64,000 bases of DNA from Podarcis vaucheri (Eukaryota), in NCBI GenBank assembly GCA_965113315.1, contig OZ220365.1; one strand, written 5' to 3'. A program made the translations under genes and the position numbers. Below are positions 50,928-63,102 of the stretch, piece by piece. The notes beneath the pieces were generated by a model, which had not been told where the DNA came from, did no database searches, and worked only from the letters and a program-made list of their open reading frames with translations. Each line of letters opens with the position of its first letter. Within the stretch, counting starts at the first letter, position 1.

Positions 50928-52105
50928 AATTCTGAAGACTGATTTGTGACCGAAGAACTTTGATCATTCAAGTCGGTGTCCCCACCGCTACTTCACTGAC
51001 TTCACCAAGCCTGGTGACAATGACCAGACATTTCCAGAACAAACTGCCGACACCAAAACTTATCTTCTCTGGTCCTTTACCATATATGTCTTTTATTTTT
51101 ATAACCACTTCTTAACATTCTTGGCTTTTTATGAGGTTTAGAGATTTATTATTTTTTCCACGTTTCCCTGACATTTTATATAACTGATTTCTTGATTGCA
51201 TGAAAGTGAACAAAAATATTTAGTAAGCACTTTTCACTTTAGCAAGTGCAGGAAGGAAAGAATCTTTCACTAAATCTTTTCAAAATGTTTCCAAATAAAG
51301 CCTCTTAATGGGATAACAGCTTTTTTCAGATTATTCAGGTAAATAAAACATCAAATAATATAAGAAATACATTATCTTGTATTAAAAGAAAACACAAAGC
51401 TTTCCTATGACCTGGTGGGGAAAATAAAATTTGTATGGATGTTGTACAAAGTCCTTATAGTCTGTTCTGAGGATCTCCCACTTTCTGAAGGGAACTGGTG
51501 CTGGTATACTATAGAAGAGATAGTTATAAAGATGTTTCTACTGACTGAGCACTGTTTTAGTAACTTCTCTGCACTTCAGTGCCATTGTTCAATTTCTTCG
51601 TGGACACTTTGGTCTGCAACATTCCAGACAGGATAGGAAGGACTTTGCTCTCTTCCCTTCTGGCAAAGATAATCCAGGCAGCTTAAAACCTTAGTGCTTT
51701 TCTCTTAACATGTTAAATGTCAAACACTTTGATTATATGAATACATGTGCAGGATGCTTGCATTACATAACTCATTGTCTACCTGTTATAACTGACACGT
51801 CTGTTGAGCAGTTGTCTTTAAGTAGTTTGCCTGATGTACTTGTACAGGTTTTCAGGACATTGAGGGACTGGGGGGCAGCCAAGGACCCATTGTAAGTAGT
51901 ATGGGAACCAACTGCTGAGTGAGGCTGCTAGTCACTGAGGAGGTCTATATGAAAACCTGCTAACTGTCTCTTTCCCACATACTTCACTGTTCACCTTGTG
52001 TATAGTTAAGATGCCATATTAAATTTATAGCAGCTTGAAGTTGTATTAAGTGATATTTTGCTTTCTGTAATACTGTTATAAAATAAAGTTTGTTTATTCT
52101 CTAAA
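50928..52105 (+). other. EPB41L2: EPB41L2 terminal non-coding (3'UTR) exon; 3' end approximate
   Basis: Acceptor tgcttgcctttctttag at 50927; AT-rich UTR-like sequence; AATAAA at 52082 followed by a GT/T-rich stretch. Confidence 0.7.
52082..52087 (+). terminator. Polyadenylation signal AATAAA (EPB41L2)
   Basis: AATAAA preceded by TGTA motifs and followed by U/GU-rich sequence; further AATAAA copies near 52140. Confidence 0.6.
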
Positions 52106-53017
52106 TGTTTCAGCACATTTGTATTTTGACACCTCAAAAAATAAATAAATCAGTTTTGAACCTCTTTCTCAACATGGTTGAAAGCATTTCAGGAGGGTGG
52201 GATGTCTTTAAAACAAAACTTGATTTTATGTAACCTAATAACATTCCTATAGCAAGAGGCACCCTGGTTTTGTTCCCCCTGCCTATCCAGCCCAGTGGGG
52301 AAGAGTCATGCTGTTAACTGAATGTCCTCCTAGAGGTCAAGTTGCCCAACTCCCCAACTGCTCCCTGAAACTCCACTACTACAGCGTCCCCAACAGAGAA
52401 TCGTAGAACAATCTTGCTACTGTAATGCCATTAGCAAGTGTTCTTCAATGCAGCAATGCCATAATCGCATCATAGACGAAATCTCAGTAGCAAGAAGAAC
52501 TGTCTTTCGGCAGCAAATTTCAATTCATTTTGAGTACAAGGTTCCTACCAAACCTCTTTGCTTTAGTTGAAAGTGTTGCAAATCTGCAATTTCCAAAACA
52601 AACACAAAACCCTATACAAGCCCTAAGAAATGCATTAGGTCTAAATAATGTCATCAGGTACAAGCAGTATTATACTCTCTTGTACAAGAACAACATTTCA
52701 CTGTATTTCCAACATTTGTGACTGCAGAGAGATTTTTTTAAGTGGTAGAGAAATGGAGGAAAAGTCCAGTTTTCCATTTTGTGCACAATTATTTTTGCAT
52801 GAAAACATTTTCTGCTGTTAACTATTTTGATTCCTAATATAAAGTTAAAATCCAATTTTTAGATAACAAGCCCATTCATTTATACCTTTTTAAAAGAACA
52901 AATTGTTTCAACTTCCCTTGCACATCTACTCCCAGTTTTTGTATAACATTAAACAGCTATTAAACTTCTGGAGTAAATAGCCAATGTTAAACTATGTATC
53001 TGGAAGTTACCAATTTC

Positions 53018-53127
53018 TTAGGATGATCTTGGTTTCCTTTTACCGTTTCCCCGTTTGTAGTATTTGGCATAGGCTTCAATGGCAGCAGCATCAGGGGGAT
53101 TATGCATTATGTAGAGCTCCTGGTCCA
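53018..53127 (-). CDS. SMLR1: SMLR1 exon 2 CDS (VDQELYIMHNPPDAAAIEAYAKYYKRGNGKRKPRSS*)
   Basis: Minus-strand acceptor ttatccttttcag; phase 1 joins exon 1 (G+TG=Val); VDQEL...HNP resembles recalled human VNEEL...HNP; TAA at 53020-53018. Confidence 0.82.
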
Positions 53128-53271
53128 CTGAAAAGGATAAGCACACTGTGTTAGTTTGCAGCAGCTGCTGAAAGGCGACCAGCAAGATAAAATTATCCTC
53201 TCAGCAGTAGAGCTTCATGCTTGTGTTCATTTTTTTTATACACAAATGAAAAATAAACTTCATACTATTAT

Positions 53272-53705
53272 AAATTTATTTATACCCCGCCCTCTGGCGT
53301 TCTCATGGAGGAGGCACACAAAGAAGGGCCTGAGATAATAACCGCAGGGGTCTCGGGTCAGTTAATACGCTAGTTCTTGAGGTACTGTGGTCCTGAGCAC
53401 CAGCACTTTGAGTTGGGCCCGGAAACTAATTGGCAGCCAGTGCACTTTGGCCAGGATTGGTGTTATATGCATGAATGTAGCCCGGGGGGGGGGGCTGTAA
53501 AACAATAGAAATACTTAACCAACTGACCAGTCACATTGGTCCTGCCCCCCCCCCAAATCCTGCCTCCCCCCATGGTAGGTTTGAGCCCCCATGGCTCAAA
53601 CAGTCTTGGCTGGTGAGCAACCAGGCTGCCAAATTCTACACCAGCTGAAGTTTCTGAACTGTCTTCAGAGGCAACCCTATGTATAATGTGTTGCAGTAAG
53701 CCAAC
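53272..53705 (-). mobile_element. Degenerate L2-like fragment in the SMLR1 intron, interrupted by a G/C-run insert (about 53470-53590)
   Basis: tttatttataccccgccc tail and ttgggcccggaaactaattggcagccagtg, similar to the 49340 copy. Confidence 0.55.
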
Positions 53706-53749
53706 GGCAGTGATGCCATTTGAACCAACAGAAGCTGCTTTTTAACTTC

Positions 53750-53930
53750 ATCAGTGGCCTGGAGTTAAGGGTGAGCAGTGAAGTAACCAAGCTTGCTGAT
53801 GACACACAATTTATCACAATGGCAGAAACAAAAGGGAATTGTAAGGAGCTCTTGTAAGAGATCTTTCTATGCTGGGTGACTAGATACTAAAATGGCAAAT
53901 GAAATTCAATCTAAGCAAGCGTCAAGTGAT
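53750..53930 (+). mobile_element. CR1 reverse-transcriptase fragment
   Basis: Translates to LELRVSSEVTKLADDTQ and KWQMKFN, CR1 RT motifs (FADDTK, WQMKFN). Confidence 0.65.
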
Positions 53931-54760
53931 AAGAAATCAGGGCATATAAGTAAATAAAGCCCAACTTTGCAAACTCACAGGATTCACTGTCTAGGACAAA
54001 GACCTTGATCCCTGTGCTGTAAGGAGAAACTGTCACCATCCAGCTCCCAGAATGGCCCTCCCCCAACTGCCACCCCCAAGGCCCTCTGAAGGACCATCTT
54101 GCGCTGAGGGAACAAGAAAGAGCAACAGGTTCGTCTAAGCAAGTTGCCTTTTACATTCTTCTGTAACTTAAAAAACCGGATGCTTATTGTTGACATAACC
54201 TTTGGGGAACCACTTTGTAGGAGTCTCCTGAGGAGTGATATGTAAGTACAAGAAAAAGAAATAGCCATATCTAAATGCAACAGTGAAATTGGGCAAGTGC
54301 CGGATAGCTTTCGGTACTGATTTATGGACTTTCCCAAAGCAATTTCATTTCAAATGCATCAATAAAATTGTTTGCCAAACTTGAAATAGAGCTGGACAAA
54401 ATCAAGCCAGGCTGAGTGGGAGACGCTATTACTTGCCATTGTCTTACTGCTTGATGCTCAGATCTGTTCAGCTCTATTTGGGGTTTTTTTGGGAGGGGGG
54501 TTCTGGTTCTGAAGCAGTGCTGTATCCCACCCACCAGTACCCTTTCAATACTGGCAATCTACGCCATGCATTATCAGTAGGAAATCAAATATATTTACTG
54601 GCCTTTGCCTGTGGAAGTGCGCTGAGGATAATATCAGTTTCTTACAGTACAGCAGGAGATTAGGTGTTGTTTCGAAGGAACAACTAGTTCTAATTACTGT
54701 ATAGGTTAAATTCAGAGTGTTCTGCTTTATTATTAGTTCTGCCTACCTGCCCACCTTTCA

Positions 54761-55147
<387 letters not shown>

Positions 55148-55168
55148 CTAAACTGAGAATAAGAGGGG

Positions 55169-55176
55169 CTTTTATA
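55169..55176 (-). promoter_or_regulatory. Candidate TATA box (TATAAAAG) for SMLR1
   Basis: Plus-strand CTTTTATA reads TATAAAAG on minus, about 95 nt upstream of ATG 55075. Confidence 0.35.
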
Positions 55177-56389
55177 ATTTCTCAAGTCAACTCTTTATTT
55201 GAAATACCTGCATGCCAGGAGGCTAAGAGATGATATATAAATGATTTCAGGCATTTCTGTTTTATACTTCCGCACTTGCGTTGTGTTAAATTTGCTTTGC
55301 ATGATGCACAGGAAAGTGGGGAGAGTAATGATGTCTGTCTCTCCCACGGTTCCAGAAAGTGTGGGGATCTTGCAGCCCTAAAATATTATCAAGGATGTGA
55401 GTTTAAGGTTTGGTGCTAGTTTCCAGCCAATGGTTAGGGAGTTGGAGTCCAGCAACAACTGGAGGGCAGCAGGTTCCTCACCCCAGGATAAAATCTCTTG
55501 TGTCTCATCCTCTAAATTCCTCTAGTCTCCTACTTAAAGGTTCTTTGCCAATGAGAAATGATGCAAGTTGGTGTCTATATTTTGTAAAGTGCATTTTCTC
55601 CACTGAGCAGCTATTAAAAATCATCACATCAATCCTGCTCCTGCTTACTAAGCTGAGATCAATTCTTTGCCAATTTTCAGACTGTAGAATACAAAACAAT
55701 CTGGCCATGACAGGAATAATGCCCTTCCTGATCACACAAATGAATGTATAGAAGACTTAGAAGTGATATATTTGATGCATTGGACCCGAATTCTCATGTG
55801 TATGAATATGTTGGTGGCAAGCTACTCCTTTATACACAAAATCCCTTTCCTGAACACTTTCCTGAATCCTCCTTTATTCAAATCATTTCTCAAAACCTGC
55901 TTTCTGTGACACTCAAGCCTCACCTGCAACCTAAATGAAGCCTGAGGATACACCACTGTATTTACTCATGTTCATCTTGTTATCCCTCTGTCTGCTGCTG
56001 CTGCTGCTGCATTTGTCTCTTTCTTCCTACCCTCGCACTCAACTCTGTCTAGACTTTGCCTCCGGCTAACAGAAGGGCTCCTGCCATCTGCAGATGGCTC
56101 TGATCCAGCTGTGAAAACCTGCAGACAGAAGCAATAACCCACACGCACCCAAAAAAGAAAAATCTCTGGCAGGTTGGGGAAGCCCTGGGAACAACACAGA
56201 AGGTGGCACTGGAAGCTGCAGAGGGAATATTAATAAAGAGGGCTAGGATTGAACAAACATATGCACATACCTATATACACTGATCTACGTATAACTTACG
56301 CTCTCTGAGTGAGCAGCACCCTGCTTTCTTAAATTACTCTGTAAAGTACTATGTGGATAATACTCTATTTGGCTTCTTCTATTGTTGTT

Positions 56390-56935
56390 TCTTGGGTTCC
56401 AAGATGCCTGCTTCTTGGGAGAAAAGCAATGACAAACCTAGACAGCATCTTAAAAAGCTGAGACATCACCTTGCCAACAACGGTCTGTATAGTTAAAGCT
56501 ATGGTTTTCCCAGTAGTGATGTATGGAAGTGAGAGCTAGACCATCAAGAAGGCTGATCGCCAGAGAATTGAAGCTTTTGAATTATGGTGCTGGAGGAGAC
56601 TCTTGAGAGTCCCATGGACTATAAGAAGATCAAACCTATCCATTCTGAAGGAAATCAGCCCTGAGTGCTTAATGGAAGGACAGATCCTGAAGCTGAGGCT
56701 CCAATACTTTGGCCACCTCATGAGAAGAGAAGACTCCCTGGAAAAGACCCTGATGTTGGGAAAGATTGAGGGCACAAGGAGAAGGGGACAACAGAGGACA
56801 AGATGGTTAGACAGTCTTCTCAAAGCTACCAGCATGAGTTTGACCAAACTGCGGGAGGCAGTGGAAGACGGGAGTGTCTGGCGTGCTCTGGTCCATGGGG
56901 TCACGAAGAGTCAGACATGACTAAACAACAACAAC
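56390..56935 (+). mobile_element. BovB (RTE) LINE, 5'-truncated 3' end
   Basis: ORF 56603-56920 (LKLRLQYFGHLMRREDSLEKTLMLGKIEG..RRGQQRTRWLD) is a BovB ORF C-terminus; (CAA)n tail; TSD ATTGTTGTT at 56381-56389 and 56936-56944. Confidence 0.93.
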
Positions 56936-59289
56936 ATTGTTGTTGCATCCTCGACTGAGTGAACAATGCTCAGAAGTATGTAGCAAAGGTGTTGGATCAT
57001 GAAAATGGTGGTGGCAGAGGAGACAAGGCCAGAAAATAAATGAGTGTCATCAAATGACAACATGGGCGCAAGGAACAATGCTAACAGTGAACAGGAAAGA
57101 TTAACAAACTGCGGGGAAGCATTTGTCCTTCCTTTTTATGAGATTTTAATAAGAAAGTTGGGATATTGTGGGTGGTATCCAACACTGCAGCTTGGCTGTC
57201 ACAATGGACTTCTGCACCCACAACAGAACTGCTTCTCCCCTTCCAGCCCCATGAATGCTTCCAAAATCAGCTCTGGAGGATTAGGGACCCTTTGGAGCAG
57301 TATGAGGGGATGGGCAGGGGAAGAAGAGGAAACAGAAGTGCTATTGCGCCAGGGGAGCTGAACACACACAGAGCATAGGATGCAACCCTCTGAATTTCAG
57401 TTGCATGAACATAAAGCTCCCTGAGCTAGGACAAAAGTCCCTCCCCTCCCCTCATAAATTCTTATTTTCACAATAATTCCTTTTAATACAGTTGCTTTTA
57501 TGAATCTTCTCAGCAGGCACTCATATAAATATTATTATGAGCCCCATTTAGCTCGGCGCCCTGTACAGGGGAAACACCCACCCCCTTAGATCTGGCACTG
57601 CATAATGTTCAGTCAGCACTCAGCACTCTCAAGACTAGTGGAACAATCATACACTGAATACCTCTGCACACATTCAGAGTGCATTGTCCTGCTAACTGAG
57701 AAATTTAAGGCTTTTAAAAAAAGAAGAAAATCTGGGCATCCAACCATTTCCTCAGTGGCCTCTCTAAGATGTGTGTGATATAAGAAAAGCAGGTGTTTGC
57801 AGAAATGGTGGTGTTTGCAGGGCTCAGAATAATTTTAGATTTTGCAGTGGAGTTTGAGTAAGGCATGAAACGTCCCCATATTTCAATCCACAACTGTGTG
57901 GGGTAATCCATTACTGGCTTCCTCAGACTAAGCTAGAGTAAACAAGAAAGTGATACCAGTTGGCAGGAAAGGAATGTGGGTCATCAACAAAATACAGCAC
58001 CCCATTAGTGTGAAAAGCTGGTGTGTGTGAGTCAGCCATATAACAGGTGATCTGACATTCTTCCATTGCTTGGTGCAGATAGTCCGTGCTATGAAACAGA
58101 TTTCTCCTGTTTACTTTGGCCTTCTGATTTGGCAATAACACTGATTTTATTTTTGGATAGTGCAGTATTTTATCCACCCCAAATCCAATAAAGAACTCCG
58201 TATTGGTCAAAACTAAAAATGACTGCCCTTTCAAAGAATCATTAAGAAAGCATGCTATGCTTAGGGCTTTGTTAACTTTTAGGACAAGTGTTGTCTGTTG
58301 TTATCTAGGGTTGTGTCCATATGGGAGCATCCAGGCTGCCAGTTTGTTATCTTAGCATACAGTAGTAAATGCACACAGCAGCACCAGAAAAATAATTCAG
58401 TACCAACAAGCAATTTAACACTACAAACAAATAATACATTAGCACAGTAAGACGGGTCAGTGGCAAGTTCTAAAATTACATAGTAAATAAAGCAGGCATA
58501 CTTATATGGCAGTAGGTAATCATTAAAGTAAACTAGCCTTTGGTAATTTCAGGCTTTAAAGGCCAAAATCAGCACTTTGAACGGGGAATGGAAGGAAACA
58601 GAACTGCCAAAGGATCTGAGCTATATGTTCTGACTTGTGGATGCCGTACAAAACAACACCTGGTTCAGCCTGACGTTTGCATTCCTTTCTGAGCAACCTT
58701 CTGGGGCATATGCCTCTGGTGGGCGGGGCCAGGAGCAAAAATGGGTGAACAATGAATATACAGTTCACCTTTGCACAGCAAATTCTTAAACACATAACCT
58801 CATTATCCTCCAGGCAAGCAAGCGTAATCCTCAGACTCCAAAGGCACATTCTAAGCAGGCAAAGATGCTCAAGCATGTGAAGCAGCACCAGAGGTGCCTG
58901 GGGGTGGGGTGTAGCCTTAGGAGGCCTGCATTTGGCCTCTGGACCCGAGGTTATCCACCCCACGCTAGCGGGAGAAAGGGGGACTACAGGAGACACTCTA
59001 ATGGCCCAGCTCAGAGACCAGCAACTGTTGGTTCCTCTCTTCTTTGATGATTTTAAGAACCCTGTAACTAAGAAGTAGTGCTTGAGTTTGCTTCGCCCCT
59101 CTTCCCTCCCTGCTCCTTTTCCTTTGGTGTCATGCCTTTCAGATAGTAAGCAGTGTCTCATTACCAGGAGTCTTTTTTCCCCCTGACAGAACACCAGAGG
59201 GGGAAAAAATGCTCCAAACCTGAGTTTGATTTTATCAGTTTCAGCAGCCTTTGTAGGAGATATGAAGTATAATACATCATCCTTCTGGT

Positions 59290-60031
59290 GTACCTGGAAG
59301 TAAGTCCTGATAGTCCAGTCCCAAGGACAACACTGGAGAGTAGTCAGACTATCCAAATGGTCAAATACCAGTCCAGGTCCAAAACAAGCAAGGTCTGAAG
59401 TCAATCCTGAAGGTCAGGTTCGTGCCTTGGCAGAAGATCCAGAGCTGGAACATCTGGGGGTCAGTCTCAAAGTTCCAGTCCAGTGGTCATCCCAAGGCAA
59501 CCCAATTGTGGCCCATCATCAGAGAAAACTAAGCAGACACAGAGCTTCTGACTTGCTTCTCTTTTACCCTTCCCAATCTTGATTGCTGCACCTGAGTTTG
59601 CTCCAGCTGAGCAGCTGTGTCTCTCCACTTGACGAAGCATGTGATCTTCCCCTGCCCTGAGCCACATCCAGCTGAGTGACCACAAACTTCTTCTCTGACC
59701 TAACGAGCCTCATGATCTTCACCTGGTCCACTAGTGAGCTGAGTTGTTTTCCCTTGCCTGCCTTATTCTCCTGGAGTGCTCTTCCTGCTGTTTCCAATCA
59801 GAGGCTGCCATGTCCACGGAGACGCCTCTGCTTCCGGTGATGTGTCACCCATCCCTAGCTGCCCTGAACAGTTAGCTGCTCCTGCAACATCCTCTGATGT
59901 CCTGTGAGTACCTCCTAAGTCCCCAACCTCCCCTTCTCTGTCTCCAGCTTCTCCCAATGTGTACCAATCATGGCTACATCCCTCACCAGAATCCTCTTCC
60001 CTTTCCTCTGTTGTCCTGCCAGTTCATGGCA
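59290..60031 (-). mobile_element. Possible solo LTR (Gypsy-like); left boundary uncertain
   Basis: Right end reads TGCCATGAACTGGCAGGAC... on minus, resembling TG-initiated squamate LTRs as I recall them; repeated agtcca/ggtca motifs; no TSD confirmed. Confidence 0.35.
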
Positions 60032-60196
60032 TTCTGTGGGTTTCTTTACCCTTTCAGACTCTGAAACTCACCTGTGGATTTCCAGGAGGTCTATGCAGAA
60101 GTAAAGTGTGTGCTGGATAGCTTATTTGTATATGAGGCACTGAAGAACCTTGCCTGAATGCAATGGGAGGCTGTTTCTACATAGGGACTCCAAAAA

Positions 60197-60335
60197 TTAT
60201 TATTATTGTATTGGGAAGTTTTTAATGTTTTATGTTATGTTTTTATGTGTGTTGGAAGCTGCCCCGAGTGGCTGGGGCAACCCAGCCAGATGGGCAGGGT
60301 ATAAGTAATGAAAGTATTATTATTATTATTAATTT
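60197..60335 (+). mobile_element. L2-like 3' tail fragment
   Basis: T-rich stretch, gttggaagctgccccgagtggctggggcaacccagccagatgggcagggtataa, then (TAT)n. Confidence 0.65.
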
Positions 60336-61459
60336 ATTTATTAGTCTGCTATAGCTTGCTAAGTGGACCCTTCCACTTTTGGAGCAGTCTTTTATCCTTA
60401 TAGTTCTTTGTCCTTATAGAACTTCTTGGACAGCTAGCGAGCAAACAGTTTTGTTTCATCTGAGAAAGGAAGTGGAATGCATCAAGAATGTGTCTCTGCG
60501 GCAAACTCAAATAGTTTTTGAGGTTATGTGCACCATGCAAACAGGATTGTGCTCAAGACTGTCTTTATTGTTAGGCAGGATGACAGGGTCCATCTCGGGT
60601 GGCAGCTTTCTGAGTCCCATTACAGGGACTGTTATTTTGTTACTTTTTTTGTTTTGTTTTATCCTCCTAAAAAGGCTAGCATTTGGATTTTCTGCCTCAG
60701 TGCCAAAACTGTCTTGGGCAGTTTCTGGATAGGGTGCCCAAGTGTGGATTGTGCAAAGTGTGTGTGTGTGAGGGGAGACACTCTACATTTTCTCTTTGCT
60801 CATGTAACTGTAACTTTCAAATCCTCCTTTCTGTGTCTGCAAAGCAATGAGAGGCGACTGTTTGCATATGTCCAAGACTTGGCTCATCTTGTTAGTCTCA
60901 GTGAGGGAAATGCTTTTTGGCACTTATCCTTTCCAGGTATAATGTGGCATGAAATAAAAATGGCATTTGGCATTCATCATAGCCTGCCATTCATTCCTCG
61001 TGAATGCTAATTTAATTTGCCACTATTTCACCCTTTTGTGCTGCAATTCTGCATCGTAATGAGGTTCAGCCATCTGCCTGCTCAGCGCAGTTCTGAACCT
61101 GGCAGGAAAGATGCACTTTGAGTTCCATGCCATCCTCCTTATGGGGACCTTCCTCCTCCACAGTAACCTTGGCATTAATGAATGCCCAACTGCAGCCTGC
61201 CTTTCCTCTTGTGATTTGCTGTCCAGATTTTGAGCTTACACTGGGTGGAAACTGTAATTCTGCCAGAGGAATACTGCATCCCAAATATGTCTTTGACATA
61301 TTCCTTAGGCAATTCCCAAACATATTATAAAAACGAAAGTTTTACCTCTGGGTTGGTTCCAAAATGTTGGGTTTTTGGGAGATTCAGTCAAAATTCAACA
61401 AAAGTAAGATACAAATGTTAAGCAACCGATTTGTCGAATTCACACAACCTTCCAAGCCA

Positions 61460-61600
61460 CAGATAGGGAAACAGTGGTACCCTAGATATTGTTGGATTAC
61501 AGCTCCCATCGTTCCTGATCATTGGCCAGCAATGCTGACTTGGGCTGATGCAAGTTGGGACTCCAGAAACATCAGGAGGGCCGCAGCTTCCCCTGGTCTG
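61460..61600. mobile_element. Short hAT-derived MITE
   Basis: gatattgttggattacagctcccatc ... gctgatgcaagttgggactccagaaacatc internal symmetry; related to 18549-18678 and to fragments near 15120 and 55430. Confidence 0.55.
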
Positions 61601-62393
61601 TCCCACCAACATCATCTGATAAGTCAGCAGGGCAAAAGGAAAAAAAGAAATTAACCAAGAGAGTTTGGAGAGAGCAGAGACTGTAAATGAAGCATGGACT
61701 GATGAATGCAGTGTGCAAGCCTTTAAATAGTCAGGCAAATGTAATCAAATTTTAATTAAAACTGGACACGCTAGCAAGCAGCCTGGAAACAAGATGCATT
61801 ATAATAAGGCTGGTGTGCTGGTGGAACAGAACAGATCTGAGCAATGTGGTGCTTCTGAATGGAACAGCAAATGCCCACAGATCAGGCAAGAAGGCATCAA
61901 AATGAAAACTGCTTAGAGAATCTAGCCTGATGGTGCTCTGTGGGTCGGCTGTGGCATCTCATTTTGCTTCTTCCTCACAGTCTCTGGAGCTTCAGGCGCT
62001 TGACTATGGATGACTCATGCCCTCCTAATTTTTTTTTTTTAATAACCACCCCTTTGACTTGTTTTGATATCAATAGGCTTCTGTTGACACACACATGGTG
62101 AGAGCAGGTGTCTACCAAAGCCTTAGGCATCCCTTCCATTTTCCTGCTTTGCTTATCAATCTGGTAACAAGCCACCTTGTAACATTTCAGTGGGCAGACG
62201 ATGGAGAATCCCGATTTTATTGTTGCTCATTTTCTTCGGGACTTGAGGCAGCTAGTACTTCTTTCTGTCTCTCATATGAAAGCCTCTTTCAGAGGTTTGG
62301 CTTGTGTTTTCTCTTTCCCAGGTATCAGTGCTTAACACTCTCCTCTTCTAGGTTGTGCCTTTCTACTTTCCTGGTTTGCTCTTATGTTGTGGG

Positions 62394-62758
62394 TAAGGAT
62401 GGGAGAAAAATTCAGTTCACTTGGCATGAAAAAGCGAACCTACTTAATTCAAACTTCCTGAAACCATGTATGAACCAAAATGCATTCATCCTTTGAAAAG
62501 TGCGCTTCACTGAATTATGTGGCGTAGTTCTTCAACCAAACAATGTATACAAAATCCACAAGTTTGCATAAGAATGCACGCAGTATTGAAAATAGTGTGC
62601 AGAAAGGCATTACATTGGGAAAATGTGCATATTGGGACAATTGTTTACGAGGACTTTAAAAAAAAAGAATTTGCAAATTGATGTGAAAATGTGGAGATCT
62701 GAGATGAGAAATATGAGGAACTGTGAGAAACCAAAATTAACATATTCGTCCATCCCTA
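62394..62758. mobile_element. Old DNA-transposon-like element with TA(G/A)GGATGG...CCATCCCTA termini
   Basis: Inverted termini; a related partial copy lies at about 14955-15110. Confidence 0.5.
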
Positions 62759-62861
62759 GTTATGGATGTATGCAGCCTATGCTGGGTTTTGACATTTCAA
62801 CAGTCTAGTACTTGTTAAGGATATATTGAGAGTTTGCAGCCTCACCTGGGGTAGATCATAG

Positions 62862-63033
62862 AAGAAGCTCAGAACAGCCTGCTGAATCAGGCCAATGGCC
62901 CATTCAGTTCCATATCCTGTTCTCATGGTTGCCAACCAGATGCCCATGGGAAACCCAGCAGGACCCAAGCACGAGAGCACGCTATTTTCCTGCTTTTTCC
63001 AGCAACTGGTATTCAGAAGCATACTTGCCTCCA
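62862..63033 (-). mobile_element. CR1 3'UTR fragment
   Basis: Reverse complement resembles 48580-48745 (cctgttctca...accagatgcccatgggaa). Confidence 0.65.
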
Positions 63034-63077
63034 AAGTAGCAGCATTGTGACATCTACTGCCAAAATAGCAGCACTAA

Positions 63078-63102
63078 GTGTGTGTGTGTGTGTGTGTGTG
63101 TG
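63078..63102 (+). repeat. (GT)n microsatellite
   Basis: Direct reading. Confidence 0.95.

Noticed and set aside
52412-52495. 11-bp inverted repeat TCTTGCTACTG / CAGTAGCAAGA
   Set aside because: Short arms around a non-pairing interior, no TSD; not enough to call a MITE or structured RNA.
58556-59404. Longest ORF in the track (282 aa, minus strand)
   Set aside because: Non-ATG start, no recognisable domain, composition typical of translated non-coding DNA, and it overlaps the putative LTR edge.
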